From a virus (lineage: Duplodnaviria; Caudoviricetes), in IMG/VR virus record IMGVR_UViG_3300031602_000003, positions 1-54,824 of that record: DNA of 54,824 bases. One strand, written 5' to 3'. Both the position numbers and the translations under genes were made by a program. Under the pieces are notes generated by a model. The model was given only the letters and a program-made list of their open reading frames with translations. It was not told the origin of the DNA and searched no databases. Shown piece by piece: positions 46,901 to 54,824 of the stretch. The stretch's first letter is position 1; every line of letters begins with the position of its first letter.

Positions 46901-49900
46901 ATTCAATTAGGATATAATGAATCTGGCGAGACAGAAGGTGGGACACGCACTAAGGTAATGAATCAAACTGGTTTGTATGAGCCTGGGAGTGACTTTAAAA
47001 GTGCCAATGATTTCCTTTCCTCACCTGCAAATTTGGATGTATATGAGGACGTTGCTACAAAAGTACAAAAGGAAGTTACTAACACACTAAGTGTGGCGCT
47101 TGCAAAATCCAATACTGAGGCGATCTCTGGAGGAGAGAGCACAACAGAACAAAGAAAGTACGCCGAACTACTAGCAGTAAGTGGCCTTGTCGAAAGTTTT
47201 GTTAAAGATTCATTGAGCAAAGAGAGCGAAGAAGAAGTAGGCACTGTTAGCAAAGGAGATAGGGAAGACACCAAAGACACTGTAATTCAGTTCGTTTATG
47301 GAGCAGGGGTAAAATCAAGAACAGCATCATTTCTAAATAAAGCAATAAATGCAGTCTATAAAAAAATAGAAGACACGAGCATTATTAAAAATGGCAAGGT
47401 GACAGGAGCTAAGAACAGCGAACTGGGTGTCATCATTAATCATTTACGGGCTCTGTCTGGAGACCCAGATTTAACTATCCCAACGGATGGTGCAAAGCAC
47501 TTAGATTTTATGTTTTCAACGAAGTTAGAGTTAGTGTTTTTACAGAGGGTCAAAGAGCTTTATGGTAAAAATATAAATACAGCACTAACTAGCAACTTTA
47601 ATCAAATCATTAAGGAAAGAAAAAAAGTCACCCAGCTTCACGAAGCAATTGGGGAAATGTTTTTGGCTGCCTATCAAACAGAGTTAATGGAACTAAGAAT
47701 TAAGAAAGGCACAAATGTAACTAAGGGCGACATTAAAGGCATTATAGACAAGTTAGATAAAGCGGGCTTACTTCCTAAAATGACCACAGCAATTAGTGGT
47801 AGAAGGGATTCAGTTAAAGATAGAACTGGTGCCATGCTTTGGAGCCTACAAAAAGCTGCTTATAGAGATTCTAATGATCTGTATAAAAAAGAGGTTGCAA
47901 GTCTAAGAGCCCAAAATACAACGCAAAGCTTAATAGATGCGAGTATCTTAGAGGATGTTGCAAAAAAGCTTATAAGAAGCAAAGATAACGTACAGTTTTA
48001 TCGTAATGGTGCGGGCTCAATTAATAATACCTCCTCTATAAATGACGGTACAATTAAACAAGGTGAAAATGTCAAACAATTTTCCTTAAACCCAAAGCAT
48101 ACTTCATATGAAGCACGATCTCATAAAGCACTGGTGTTTTTAATTCATAGTATAGATTCTTTTAATATGTATGAGATGTATGACACACCTGTACCTATGA
48201 TTGGTGTACATGATGCTATTATGCTTGGAGTTAAAGACGTCCATGCTGGGACGAAGGTAGCTAATGACTCTTTCTGGCGATCCAATAAAAACTTTAATAT
48301 TAAGAAGGCTGCTCTAGAAGATTATAATCTAACTCTAGAAAGCTTTAAAGAGTACCAAGAAAGTAAAGGAACTAGCACACCAATACTGAATGACCCAGAG
48401 TTGATAGATAGGGTTGATACAAAAGTGGCCAATATGCTAAATAAAACTAAATATAAGTGGGCTATGAATAACTCAATAGATAATCTAGCCCATGAAATAG
48501 AGCTTTTTGAAGAGAATGGGGGGATTAGCAATCAATTCGGAAATGGCAAGGTAGAGGTAGACGAATCGGAAGACCTTGGCTCACCAACTAGTGCAAGCAT
48601 TGATAATGCTGACTCAGAAGAGATAGCCACAATAGCTCGTGAAAGTGAAGAAGAGGCCATAAAACTAAGTGCGGATATTCATTGGCAAGCAGCGCTAAGT
48701 CACGGGATTATTGCTGGGTTTGACGCAAACAATGAATTAAGTATTCTTCAAGAGCCTGACAATGAAGTAGGCAAAACATGGTTAGCTAGTGGAGAAAATA
48801 AGCAACTGCTTTTTGATGCGGTGGAGCTTGTTGATATGAACGACCAAATGAAGTTGATGTTTAAAACAGTTCTTGGATCAGCCCCTAATACTACAATCGA
48901 CCCTAATAAATTCTTGGCTACGGAGTCTTGGACTATAACCGGCGAAGATACACTCAGTTTGTTTGACACACTTGGTGATGTTAACTATGGAAATAAGTCT
49001 GAAAACTCAGCGCATCAAACATACATGAGAAAGCTGCTTATTGACTTAGGTGTCAGTAAGGCTATTGATGGTATGAAAGTGCGGCTAAAGAAAGCTGGAG
49101 ATGAGACTGAGGGTAAATACATCATTCGTAAAGATGGTTCACAAGAGATACTAATCCAATCAGCTTCTGCAGCCTCTGTGAATGGCATAAGAATGTCTAC
49201 ACAGGAAACGTATACACATGAGATACTTCATGCTATCTCCCAGGCTGCTATCAACGGCAGCAGCGATGCTGCAAGATTCTTACAAGGGTTATTTGATGAA
49301 GTAAGAGGGAACTCTGAATTAGATTTCAGAATGTTCCTTAATGACTACAACGATACAACTAATCTTCAGGAAGTTAATGAGGCTAAAAGAAGATACAATT
49401 ATATCTTTAATAATACTGCTTCACGCATTGTAAGCCATAGGGATGTCTATACTACTGAGCCACACACGCACAAAAGAAATGACCACCTGCACGAGTTCTT
49501 CGCTCTTGGCTTGTCTAACGAAAACTTTATGACGGCGCTGTCTAAAGTAAAAAGCAAGAAGAAAGTTAAAGGGAAAGATAGAACTTTCTTTGATAAATTT
49601 ATTGATTTACTTACCGTCTTTGTAGGGCTCTTTAATAAGCAGTTCGTTGATGCTAAAAATCTTGACATGAGCCAACAATTACGTTTTGTTGCTCAAAAGT
49701 TTGCTGAAATAGAGGGTGGTGCTAAAAACAAAATAAGCTTAGCTAATAAAGCATTCACATTTGCTAATGATGAAGTTATTGCTAGATCTGTTAATTTTAT
49801 TACGAAAGGTGTTAAAGGCGCTGCTGATAGTAAGTTTATAGTTGAGAATAAATATAAAACTGTAAGAACAGTAGGCGGCATTGTATCTAAGTTTAAGTTT

Positions 49901-52561
49901 TCTAACTGGGATAGGTACACTGAAGTTATAGCAGGTGTTCGTAGAAGAATGGGTGTTAGTGCCGAAGGTTTGCTTTCTAGCTTATACAGAGAGATCCGGG
50001 GAGTAACCCCTGACGCTAGATTCTGGCATCAACTATTATCATACTCTAATAAGAAATTGGATCAGCAACATAAAGCAATTGATAACTTCACTCGTGAAGA
50101 TGTATTGACAGCATACAAAACAAAGTTCAGTGATTCTGTTAGTGAGTCATTAACTAAGACATTGGTACGCACAGACATATCTGTATTGGATGCTGATTAT
50201 TCCATGAAAGAGATGGAAGGCTTTATGGAAGAAGACAGTAAGAAGCTTTTTGCTGAGGTAGATAGTATTGAAGACTTTATTAAAGCTAATTATGACCCAG
50301 AGGTAAGTAATTGGTATTTAGCACACTCGGAAAGCTTGGCTAATCTTATGGTAAAAGGAAGAATGACCCAAGTAGATACACTAGGTAATGCGCATAATAT
50401 TGCAATGATGTACGAGAGTGGTTTTAACCGTAAGGTTAAGCATCCTGAAGGCGGATTTGATAAAACGTCTGCTCTACTAGATAATCTTATTACTTTGCGT
50501 GCATTGATCAAAACACCGAAGTCCCATAAGAAAGCAACGCTTGATGTAATGAAAACTGAAAACTACAGGGATGAGACAGCAGGTGGCATCTTCTTTACAA
50601 TACAGTTGCTCAAAGAAAATAAAAAACAATCCTTAGACCAACTTTTTGAAGGTAAAAAAGAAATGGTACGAAAAGGGTTTTCTAAAGAGATATATAATGA
50701 AAATATTTCTATGCAATTTGGCTCTATAGCAGACGAAGAAGAGATGATGAAAGATGGCTTTTTGAAAGTATCTGATTCTAATCTAAAACTAGACGCTGCT
50801 CATAAGGGCATGGATGGCTTAGTGATGTATGTAAATAAAAATTCTCAAAACACAGCGTACCAAAGATCTATCATTGCTATTAACCAAGAGAGATTTATAG
50901 GTAACGATTTGACCGGCATTAGCCAACAACGTGGTGTGGGTGATCCTGCTAAAGCAGCCCAAATACAGTTTAATCAACTTAGGGCTATCAAACGTAGACA
51001 AAGACAAGCCATATTAGATGGTACTTCTGTACCTATAGATACAGCGGAGAATAACTTAGTTGTTCCTATTAATAGAGAAGACGGAACTATATCTGGATAC
51101 AGATATGTAATGGAAGAATCCACTAAGGATGCTATTCTTGAAAGAGATAATTCTCTTGAAAAGGTGTTGGGCAAGATGGAAGCCGGGATTAGTGATAAAG
51201 TAGCGGCTAGATCTATTAACAACACTGTTGTAAAGACTTTGTATACTGAGTTTAAAGAGACTTTCTCTACTGCAGATAAAGGCCACTTTGTTAAGATTGG
51301 GCCTAACTCCACTAACAAGCACCACAGAGAAATATATAGAATGCTTCCTCAACCTATGAGAAGACAAATAAAAGATGTGTTCGGAACAGATCATCTTTAT
51401 GTTAGGGGTGAGATTGTGGATCTTGTGTTTGGTAGACGTAAGTTCTCTATAACAGATATTGGCAAAACAAATGATACTTCTGTTGAAAGAGGTATATTTG
51501 GTAATACAGCACAGTTACTTCTTAATCGACCAATGATGCGATCACTTGAGAACTTTGTGCAAGATGTGTACAAAATTGTAAAAGATATTATTGTTATCAA
51601 GTCCTTTGTAGTGCTTAGAGATAATATTCTTAGTAACACTGCAATGCTGATGATGAGAGGTGTGTCTTTCAGACAGATATTAGCTGACTATAAGGAGGCT
51701 TCTTTAGCGCTCAAAGACTACAAAAAGTATACAAGAGAGCGTCTAAAGCTTGAAAAAAAGATTAAGACATTAGGCCAAAGTAAAAGCTCTAATCGCATTC
51801 TAGCCCTCCCTACCCAGAGAGCTAAAGATGCTGCTATTGCGGTAATTGATCGCTCTATTGCTTCAATTGAAGGAGATTTAACTATTGTAGAAGAAAGGTT
51901 GGCTACAAATGCAGTAACTGAACTGTCTGAAGCAGGAGTACAACAAACCATTGTGGAGGATGTTGTGCTTGAGGATAGTAAATCTAATCTTAAAAGTAAT
52001 TTAGAGAAGAGGTTGGCTCCTGCTGCTGCTTATGTACCAGATGTTTTTAAAACCATTGGTAAAAATATATTTGTGACGCAGGATACAGGTCTATACAAAG
52101 CATTAAGAGATGTTACTCAAATAAGTGATTTTGTTGCCAGATACTCATTGCATCAGCATAATTTAAAGAATGGTGTGAGCTCAAAAGACTCTATTGGGGA
52201 TGTGGTGGAGTCGTTCATTAACTATGATCCGCTAACACATAAGTATATTCAATGGATGAATGATATGGGTTTCTGGATGTTTACTAAGTTCTTTATCAGA
52301 ATACAATCCATTCTTGTAAAACTCATGGTTGGCAGACAAGACAGTAAAGGGCGCTCTATTAAAGGAAATCCTGCGGGCATTCTAGCATTCTTAGCAGTTA
52401 ATATGCTAACAATAGATGTACCTACTGTTTATGACGCTTCTCTTATTGGAGAAGACTCTATTGAAAATAGATTTCATTGGAATATCGCTGGAAATGCTTG
52501 GGATCAGGCCTTTGGAGGCGTGGTGACCTCAAGCATTCCAGAGTTTATATCTAGTCAGTAG
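41000..52561 (+). CDS. virion-encapsidated RNA polymerase (N4 gp50-like)
   Basis: 3853 aa, no cysteines seen; motif A IEIDGRNNG (~46868), motif B REDTKDTVIQFVYG (~47261), motif C GVHDAI (~48209); C-terminal QISDFVARY, FINYD, WMNDMGFWMFTKF. Confidence 0.96.
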   Translation: MQDFSSQARLNDAIQRNQPEVGNATSKLNSGIARNQSSLNAAMAKITDGIARNAPDINQATAKLNNGIARNQAAIGGLIPATKSEEKAARLPEQRQVKAASLGERSVSKQAMLTNKQAARPFQALAPRALDSDSLTGNSTVDQFADVPLGLAKNAVMGVRMITDAFGASNETSDMLQGYEEEIGKLMSAQYNKDAQEMERIRTEAIGKGSWEGVKAGIHALSVAPIDTIIGALGTAAPAIIAGAAVTLGAPVVGLGVAATATVGSAVALGTGALMGAGVTKSAIYEATADAFKEQGVPKEEAEAIATEAQEYGGENTDSILTGAALGYIATRFGIDPKLVSGASKLVASKLAAKEAAEKIAKKIAEEGTKKGALKKLAKDAVEEGIPEAFQGGHEVFAGNLAKQREGIDTDLSEGVAFGATLEGFAGGGVGVGGGGIGLTARTAVDGVKGTINAGKKTVKGVKKAKAQIFGEDKSGKKGTFQQIKEGVIDIANTAADFVAEGKAAVKDAVKVEAEVKSDRSVEEAIQEDNKDLTAREKVDVATHKSVRPGKDASPAEVLTFRDNAMNALLQYYTELKDSRDALISDPDAATVDPDQKKAYKFQEGMNVILARMNELGAVIQEEGTEATQFNTILDSIKEHKEVPSEIALMLGTTGGQGLTTEELKKAQLELPFDADQTATVENQIAINDTVSKAYKTNAETNKDNKRAEEVSLEIIDGSSKNAGFKTYHQRIVIGVKTGSLVVANKAYEGLQSFVKLQQTKLAAFQEVSNLGDKLANDIGNKAVRKQYNAAKAALKKNHKFTFLHKGGLVKTMALIQAEVTAGQAIAKQAKHILKTGAKVGSTSQSGGAAVVNDTVPAELRELVDGQKKTFAALGSTKAKLKKLLAKAEKAFEKDKESLDNKVNVLALKEMLGIIKVSEKSTDNDTVPPTANLETQYSDAVTVLLALTAEQKKHIVDKDGSRILKGTWEGIYEFIEAQSKTDVKQEDSMQSIVDFVKDDLPGLLKSFQKSKGDEATVIKEADAVNPPVEPGGETSPAVALRTMVKLRRDITKLVQIKKKTPEQQSALNANFVEHRARYKRAEKYLKTIKITPIIQGLMDKITEASDAKKSDFASKSNLMARIEGDTLYQKWLKGNPTPTVNSKKTNTENKFKKKYKGKPKKELTLLETLKKKFQVKSGVAKRKLAVASFKLSAANIYVGRAQNSILMKIIEGELDSGNNGVAYDSDDVVFVGTDTGKGANSPISNEKFTGVYKELDLAMEAGASIITDWNGITPAEIAVAAILTKNGYTAEQVVDPTTVKDNLTPISYSKWTKTEEIITNKQESLKNESFNLTESILEEGGKDFDVPADSPVKSRGTALGNLFNKRPKSDTKLFSNVLHTVRNWATRVEGNVEKLNPQLNKKELKMVENFLEFNKKMTDIYTIETVQDGKTVLPLLEPFKDEQQREFKRGNVIQLFYTEKADSLIGKDKPSIDLMDPNVITQLNAVLYRWMGTFGKGTLRSTKSDVQQIFGIRKSKLTPTDEMYDLVGEEGTSFITTAENLGMDALASLGLSPKESTGETFESKTAQALGALMLNAGLQSNLLEMNSVARKDISDLTARFNKAIGIDTNDETSDLTLAAVPDPKFAGIGIRRFIRVASQFKKIGETEADSDTEVVSSAVQGYIDNYKLGSDAFSNLFGLSKSAKAPSLKPPFMQNIARTLGNSGLPVPNYIREILYKHSQQKHQLNDTHRAFMKFPLNMQFRMLGGIENLSNLHVSRRMAVRAQNEEIRRFLDGMNTFVTTLEENPNKLNTEFFFTHDVWVNARVGIKETIMNPQANKAARAMVSVSDAETEMDLTSTAAKDVSNVQVFLLGIAEVLGVNTKQSNDADVIQELHDVTKSKELKTALAILKDNYRNPNRAMSIKQLDAVSTSITKLGKGAAGLSGLVAYAQYEATQEDIAAKVANAGKFITSLSIEIDGRNNGVAHANIQLGYNESGETEGGTRTKVMNQTGLYEPGSDFKSANDFLSSPANLDVYEDVATKVQKEVTNTLSVALAKSNTEAISGGESTTEQRKYAELLAVSGLVESFVKDSLSKESEEEVGTVSKGDREDTKDTVIQFVYGAGVKSRTASFLNKAINAVYKKIEDTSIIKNGKVTGAKNSELGVIINHLRALSGDPDLTIPTDGAKHLDFMFSTKLELVFLQRVKELYGKNINTALTSNFNQIIKERKKVTQLHEAIGEMFLAAYQTELMELRIKKGTNVTKGDIKGIIDKLDKAGLLPKMTTAISGRRDSVKDRTGAMLWSLQKAAYRDSNDLYKKEVASLRAQNTTQSLIDASILEDVAKKLIRSKDNVQFYRNGAGSINNTSSINDGTIKQGENVKQFSLNPKHTSYEARSHKALVFLIHSIDSFNMYEMYDTPVPMIGVHDAIMLGVKDVHAGTKVANDSFWRSNKNFNIKKAALEDYNLTLESFKEYQESKGTSTPILNDPELIDRVDTKVANMLNKTKYKWAMNNSIDNLAHEIELFEENGGISNQFGNGKVEVDESEDLGSPTSASIDNADSEEIATIARESEEEAIKLSADIHWQAALSHGIIAGFDANNELSILQEPDNEVGKTWLASGENKQLLFDAVELVDMNDQMKLMFKTVLGSAPNTTIDPNKFLATESWTITGEDTLSLFDTLGDVNYGNKSENSAHQTYMRKLLIDLGVSKAIDGMKVRLKKAGDETEGKYIIRKDGSQEILIQSASAASVNGIRMSTQETYTHEILHAISQAAINGSSDAARFLQGLFDEVRGNSELDFRMFLNDYNDTTNLQEVNEAKRRYNYIFNNTASRIVSHRDVYTTEPHTHKRNDHLHEFFALGLSNENFMTALSKVKSKKKVKGKDRTFFDKFIDLLTVFVGLFNKQFVDAKNLDMSQQLRFVAQKFAEIEGGAKNKISLANKAFTFANDEVIARSVNFITKGVKGAADSKFIVENKYKTVRTVGGIVSKFKFSNWDRYTEVIAGVRRRMGVSAEGLLSSLYREIRGVTPDARFWHQLLSYSNKKLDQQHKAIDNFTREDVLTAYKTKFSDSVSESLTKTLVRTDISVLDADYSMKEMEGFMEEDSKKLFAEVDSIEDFIKANYDPEVSNWYLAHSESLANLMVKGRMTQVDTLGNAHNIAMMYESGFNRKVKHPEGGFDKTSALLDNLITLRALIKTPKSHKKATLDVMKTENYRDETAGGIFFTIQLLKENKKQSLDQLFEGKKEMVRKGFSKEIYNENISMQFGSIADEEEMMKDGFLKVSDSNLKLDAAHKGMDGLVMYVNKNSQNTAYQRSIIAINQERFIGNDLTGISQQRGVGDPAKAAQIQFNQLRAIKRRQRQAILDGTSVPIDTAENNLVVPINREDGTISGYRYVMEESTKDAILERDNSLEKVLGKMEAGISDKVAARSINNTVVKTLYTEFKETFSTADKGHFVKIGPNSTNKHHREIYRMLPQPMRRQIKDVFGTDHLYVRGEIVDLVFGRRKFSITDIGKTNDTSVERGIFGNTAQLLLNRPMMRSLENFVQDVYKIVKDIIVIKSFVVLRDNILSNTAMLMMRGVSFRQILADYKEASLALKDYKKYTRERLKLEKKIKTLGQSKSSNRILALPTQRAKDAAIAVIDRSIASIEGDLTIVEERLATNAVTELSEAGVQQTIVEDVVLEDSKSNLKSNLEKRLAPAAAYVPDVFKTIGKNIFVTQDTGLYKALRDVTQISDFVARYSLHQHNLKNGVSSKDSIGDVVESFINYDPLTHKYIQWMNDMGFWMFTKFFIRIQSILVKLMVGRQDSKGRSIKGNPAGILAFLAVNMLTIDVPTVYDASLIGEDSIENRFHWNIAGNAWDQAFGGVVTSSIPEFISSQ

Positions 52562-52745
52562 TCTTGTTTTTCCTTGTCTTTTTTTCGGCAGGGAAAACAA
52601 GTACTGTTATGGCCAAAAAGCCTACAATAACTGTAGTGGCTAAGGCAAGCATTGGGCCAATGATAAATATTGCAAATAAAATTGATCCAATTGTTATAAT
52701 TATTCCAATTACACTTAGGCTCTCAAATATTTTTTTAAACATCAC
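52551..52745 (-). CDS. small two-TM membrane protein
   Basis: 64 aa, two hydrophobic segments; last gene of the convergent replication operon. Confidence 0.65.
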   Translation of the reverse strand: MMFKKIFESLSVIGIIITIGSILFAIFIIGPMLALATTVIVGFLAITVLVFPAEKKTRKNKTTD

Positions 52746-53041
52746 TAGGCTCCAAATAGACTAGAGTCGTCTGTTGGTTCTTCGGCAGTTTCTTTTGTAG
52801 CTTTTGTTTTTACAAAAGGTAAGTCGAATTGATCCACATTCTTTAGATTTATGGATTCAACAGGCGTTGCTGTTAAAGTGACATCTGGGCTCATAATGCT
52901 TACAACAGCTGTATTGCCATTAGCACCTCGGCCTGCGGTGAAAGCTACTTCCACATGTTTTCCATCAAGGTTGATTCCTTGGTGAGATACGTATTTTTCT
53001 AGAGCATGATTTATCTCTGTATTATTTAGTGTGATATCCAT
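52745..53041 (-). CDS. conserved N4-like hypothetical protein
   Basis: ITLNNTEINHALEKYV..QGI..FTAGRGANG, C-terminal SLFG; AAGGA RBS. Confidence 0.75.
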   Translation of the reverse strand: MDITLNNTEINHALEKYVSHQGINLDGKHVEVAFTAGRGANGNTAVVSIMSPDVTLTATPVESINLKNVDQFDLPFVKTKATKETAEEPTDDSSLFGA

Positions 53042-53053
53042 CGTGTTTCCTTG

Positions 53054-53530
53054 TTAAGATTTAAATGTTTGGCTTGCATAGTGTGCAACCATTAAGGCAT
53101 CGCTTTTACCGTCTTGTAAGCCTCCCTTTGAGCCTCTAATAGAGGCATCAGGATAGAGGCGGTCACATATACTAGCCACTTCGTTCTTAATAGCTTTGCC
53201 CTTGGTTTTTACACCTACAAACTTTTGCCATACTTTAGGAGTTACTAAGCCTACTGATAATCCCACCACTTGTGGTATTACATTTACTCTTTCGACATTA
53301 CGTCCAAAGCTAAAGTTAGACTTGGCTGACATTCCAAATAAAGTATGCACATCTTCTATCATAACTACGGGAATATCAAAGCGATTTTTAGCGGAAGTGA
53401 GCCATTCAGCGATATCTTTTGGCTTTTCTACATTTGAGTAAAATTGCACATCTTTTGTGCTGGGAACTAAAAGGCAATAATACCCTTTAGCTCCCGGATC
53501 ACATGCAATATATGCTATAGGCTTATTCAT
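53054..53530 (-). CDS. RuvC-like Holliday junction resolvase
   Basis: IACDPGAKG, MIEDVH, FSFG, VTPKVWQK, DGKSDALMVA. Confidence 0.88.
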   Translation of the reverse strand: MNKPIAYIACDPGAKGYYCLLVPSTKDVQFYSNVEKPKDIAEWLTSAKNRFDIPVVMIEDVHTLFGMSAKSNFSFGRNVERVNVIPQVVGLSVGLVTPKVWQKFVGVKTKGKAIKNEVASICDRLYPDASIRGSKGGLQDGKSDALMVAHYASQTFKS

Positions 53531-54273
53531 TAAGCGTTAGCAAATAAGCTTGAGGTTGCTGCGGGCGTAGCTGCTGTCGGTGTGCCGACAGAAGGTGCGG
53601 CTGCGTTACCACGGCCTGTTTTTGATTTGTCAGGATATGCTCCTTCAAATTTCTTCGCCCATTTGGTAGTGAAAACACCTTCGTTAGCACCTGCTTTAAC
53701 TTCGGTTGCTGTTAAGCCAGCAGCGTTCCAGAATTTGTCAATGACGTTTTCGTCTTTAACTTCACCATTTGGAACCCATTTACCAGAGCCATTGTCAGTC
53801 ACTTTATCAACTGTTTGTTTAATGATACCTGCTAGGATTTCTTTACCTAGAAGGTCACTAATCACTGCTGTTTTTTGTGGAATTTCTGCTTTAGCATCAA
53901 AGTCCCAACGGTTCACAACTTTTTCTACTGTTTCTACAGCATTCATTTTTGTTTTAAGAACAGCTTCAGTGAGTGATTCAGCTAATTTGTACCCTGGAAG
54001 ATACTGTTTCTTGCCTTTAGCATCAATGTAAGTGCTTTTGTTACCTTTGGCATCTCCGCTTGAGATCCAAATTACTTGACGTACGTTTGAGCCACTATCA
54101 ACACCTGTTAAATGCAGGTTTAATGAAAGAGCGCCTCTTGCTGATTGATCAATGTAAGCTAGTTCGATATTCATGCGATGAAGACCTGAGTCAACTAGAA
54201 ATGATCCGCCTCCAACTGAGTCTTTGTCACTTTGGATGTCGTCATTTGATTCAAGATTACTTAGTAAAGACAT
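53530..54273 (-). CDS. ssb: N4-type single-stranded DNA-binding protein (gp45-like)
   Basis: DKDSVGGG, QYLPGY, ENVIDKF, C-terminal SSLFA; synteny. Confidence 0.88.
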   Translation of the reverse strand: MSLLSNLESNDDIQSDKDSVGGGSFLVDSGLHRMNIELAYIDQSARGALSLNLHLTGVDSGSNVRQVIWISSGDAKGNKSTYIDAKGKKQYLPGYKLAESLTEAVLKTKMNAVETVEKVVNRWDFDAKAEIPQKTAVISDLLGKEILAGIIKQTVDKVTDNGSGKWVPNGEVKDENVIDKFWNAAGLTATEVKAGANEGVFTTKWAKKFEGAYPDKSKTGRGNAAAPSVGTPTAATPAATSSLFANA

Positions 54274-54300
54274 AATGTCTCCTTTATATTTAGGTTAATA

Positions 54301-54824
54301 TTATTTGTAATAACTGTGCAAGCGGTCAATGACCAATTGTACATCGTTATCAATGTAGGTTTCATCTATAGTCCACATGCCCATAGAGCTTCTTATGGCT
54401 TCGTCCACTGTCTCTTTAGTGAGCTGTGTTTGGAACACATACTTAAAGCCTAACGCCTCCTCTTGAGGTGTTATGTTCAGAAGATCTGACTTGTATTCTT
54501 CTAGAACTTTTGTTGGCACTTTTTTTGTGCTTATTACGGTTGAAAAGAAACTTTCAATACCGTTATTCATGAGAGAGCCTTTTACTTTTACTTTGGTCTC
54601 TCTATCCAAAGTTTTCTCATCCATCACTGTAAGTGTATGACCGATGAAGATAATATTTTTAGTTGACTTTGCTACATACTGACTCATCAATACTTTGAAG
54701 AATTGGGCGTATTCGCCCCATGCTTTCATTGTATTTGCTGATGTTAATACGTGAACAGATTCAAACATATCCATAGCGAATGTAAGACTATCAATAACGA
54801 TAGTATGGATATTTTTATGTTTCT
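54301..54824 (-). CDS. N4 gp44-like AAA/Sak4-type ATPase, partial (start outside window)
   Basis: Frame open to the window edge with Walker B TIVIDSLT; VKGSLMNNGIESFFSTV, KYVFQT, YIDND. Confidence 0.85.
   Translation of the reverse strand, partial: KHKNIHTIVIDSLTFAMDMFESVHVLTSANTMKAWGEYAQFFKVLMSQYVAKSTKNIIFIGHTLTVMDEKTLDRETKVKVKGSLMNNGIESFFSTVISTKKVPTKVLEEYKSDLLNITPQEEALGFKYVFQTQLTKETVDEAIRSSMGMWTIDETYIDNDVQLVIDRLHSYYK

Noticed and set aside
6405-52000. Numerous minus-strand ORFs within late genes (and + strand ORFs within 52.5-54.3 kb and the early region)
   Set aside because: Antisense shadows of long genes with no RBS or recognisable motifs.
1-54824. Host assignment (marine proteobacterium suggested by the curli cassette and 2OG oxygenases)
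   Set aside because: Only circumstantial; no sequence feature here identifies the host.

Overview
About 55 kb of a lytic N4-like bacteriophage (Schitoviridae). The assignment rests on the 3853-aa virion RNA polymerase, the RNAP II subunit 1, and N4-type terminase, portal, capsid, ejection and SSB genes in N4 order. The window appears to cross the genome-end junction at about 4.7-5.6 kb. Early genes read leftwards from there, late structural genes read rightwards (5.6-52.5 kb), and the end of the replication block converges at 52.5-54.8 kb. Two accessory modules stand out. (1) At 9.2-13.8 kb, a fibre gene with an S74 chaperone is followed by a fibre-tip protein carrying an extensin-like (Ser-Pro4)x2 motif directly before a Hint autoprocessing domain, then a two-domain prolyl-4-hydroxylase-type 2OG-Fe(II) oxygenase and a sulfotransferase. 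This is a candidate phage-encoded pathway for modifying its own adhesin. (2) At 20.9-26.5 kb, a cassette of two small membrane proteins, CsgF, CsgG, a curlin-like protein, a FecR-domain protein, a small beta-barrel and a CHASE2 adenylate cyclase sits just before the lysis genes. This is a candidate trans-envelope secretion and cAMP signalling system. The early and terminal non-coding DNA is rich in repeated hairpins and iteron-like repeats. No tRNA, rRNA, CRISPR array, integrase or transposase was seen. All calls come from reading motifs and synteny by eye, with no database searches, and the host cannot be determined.
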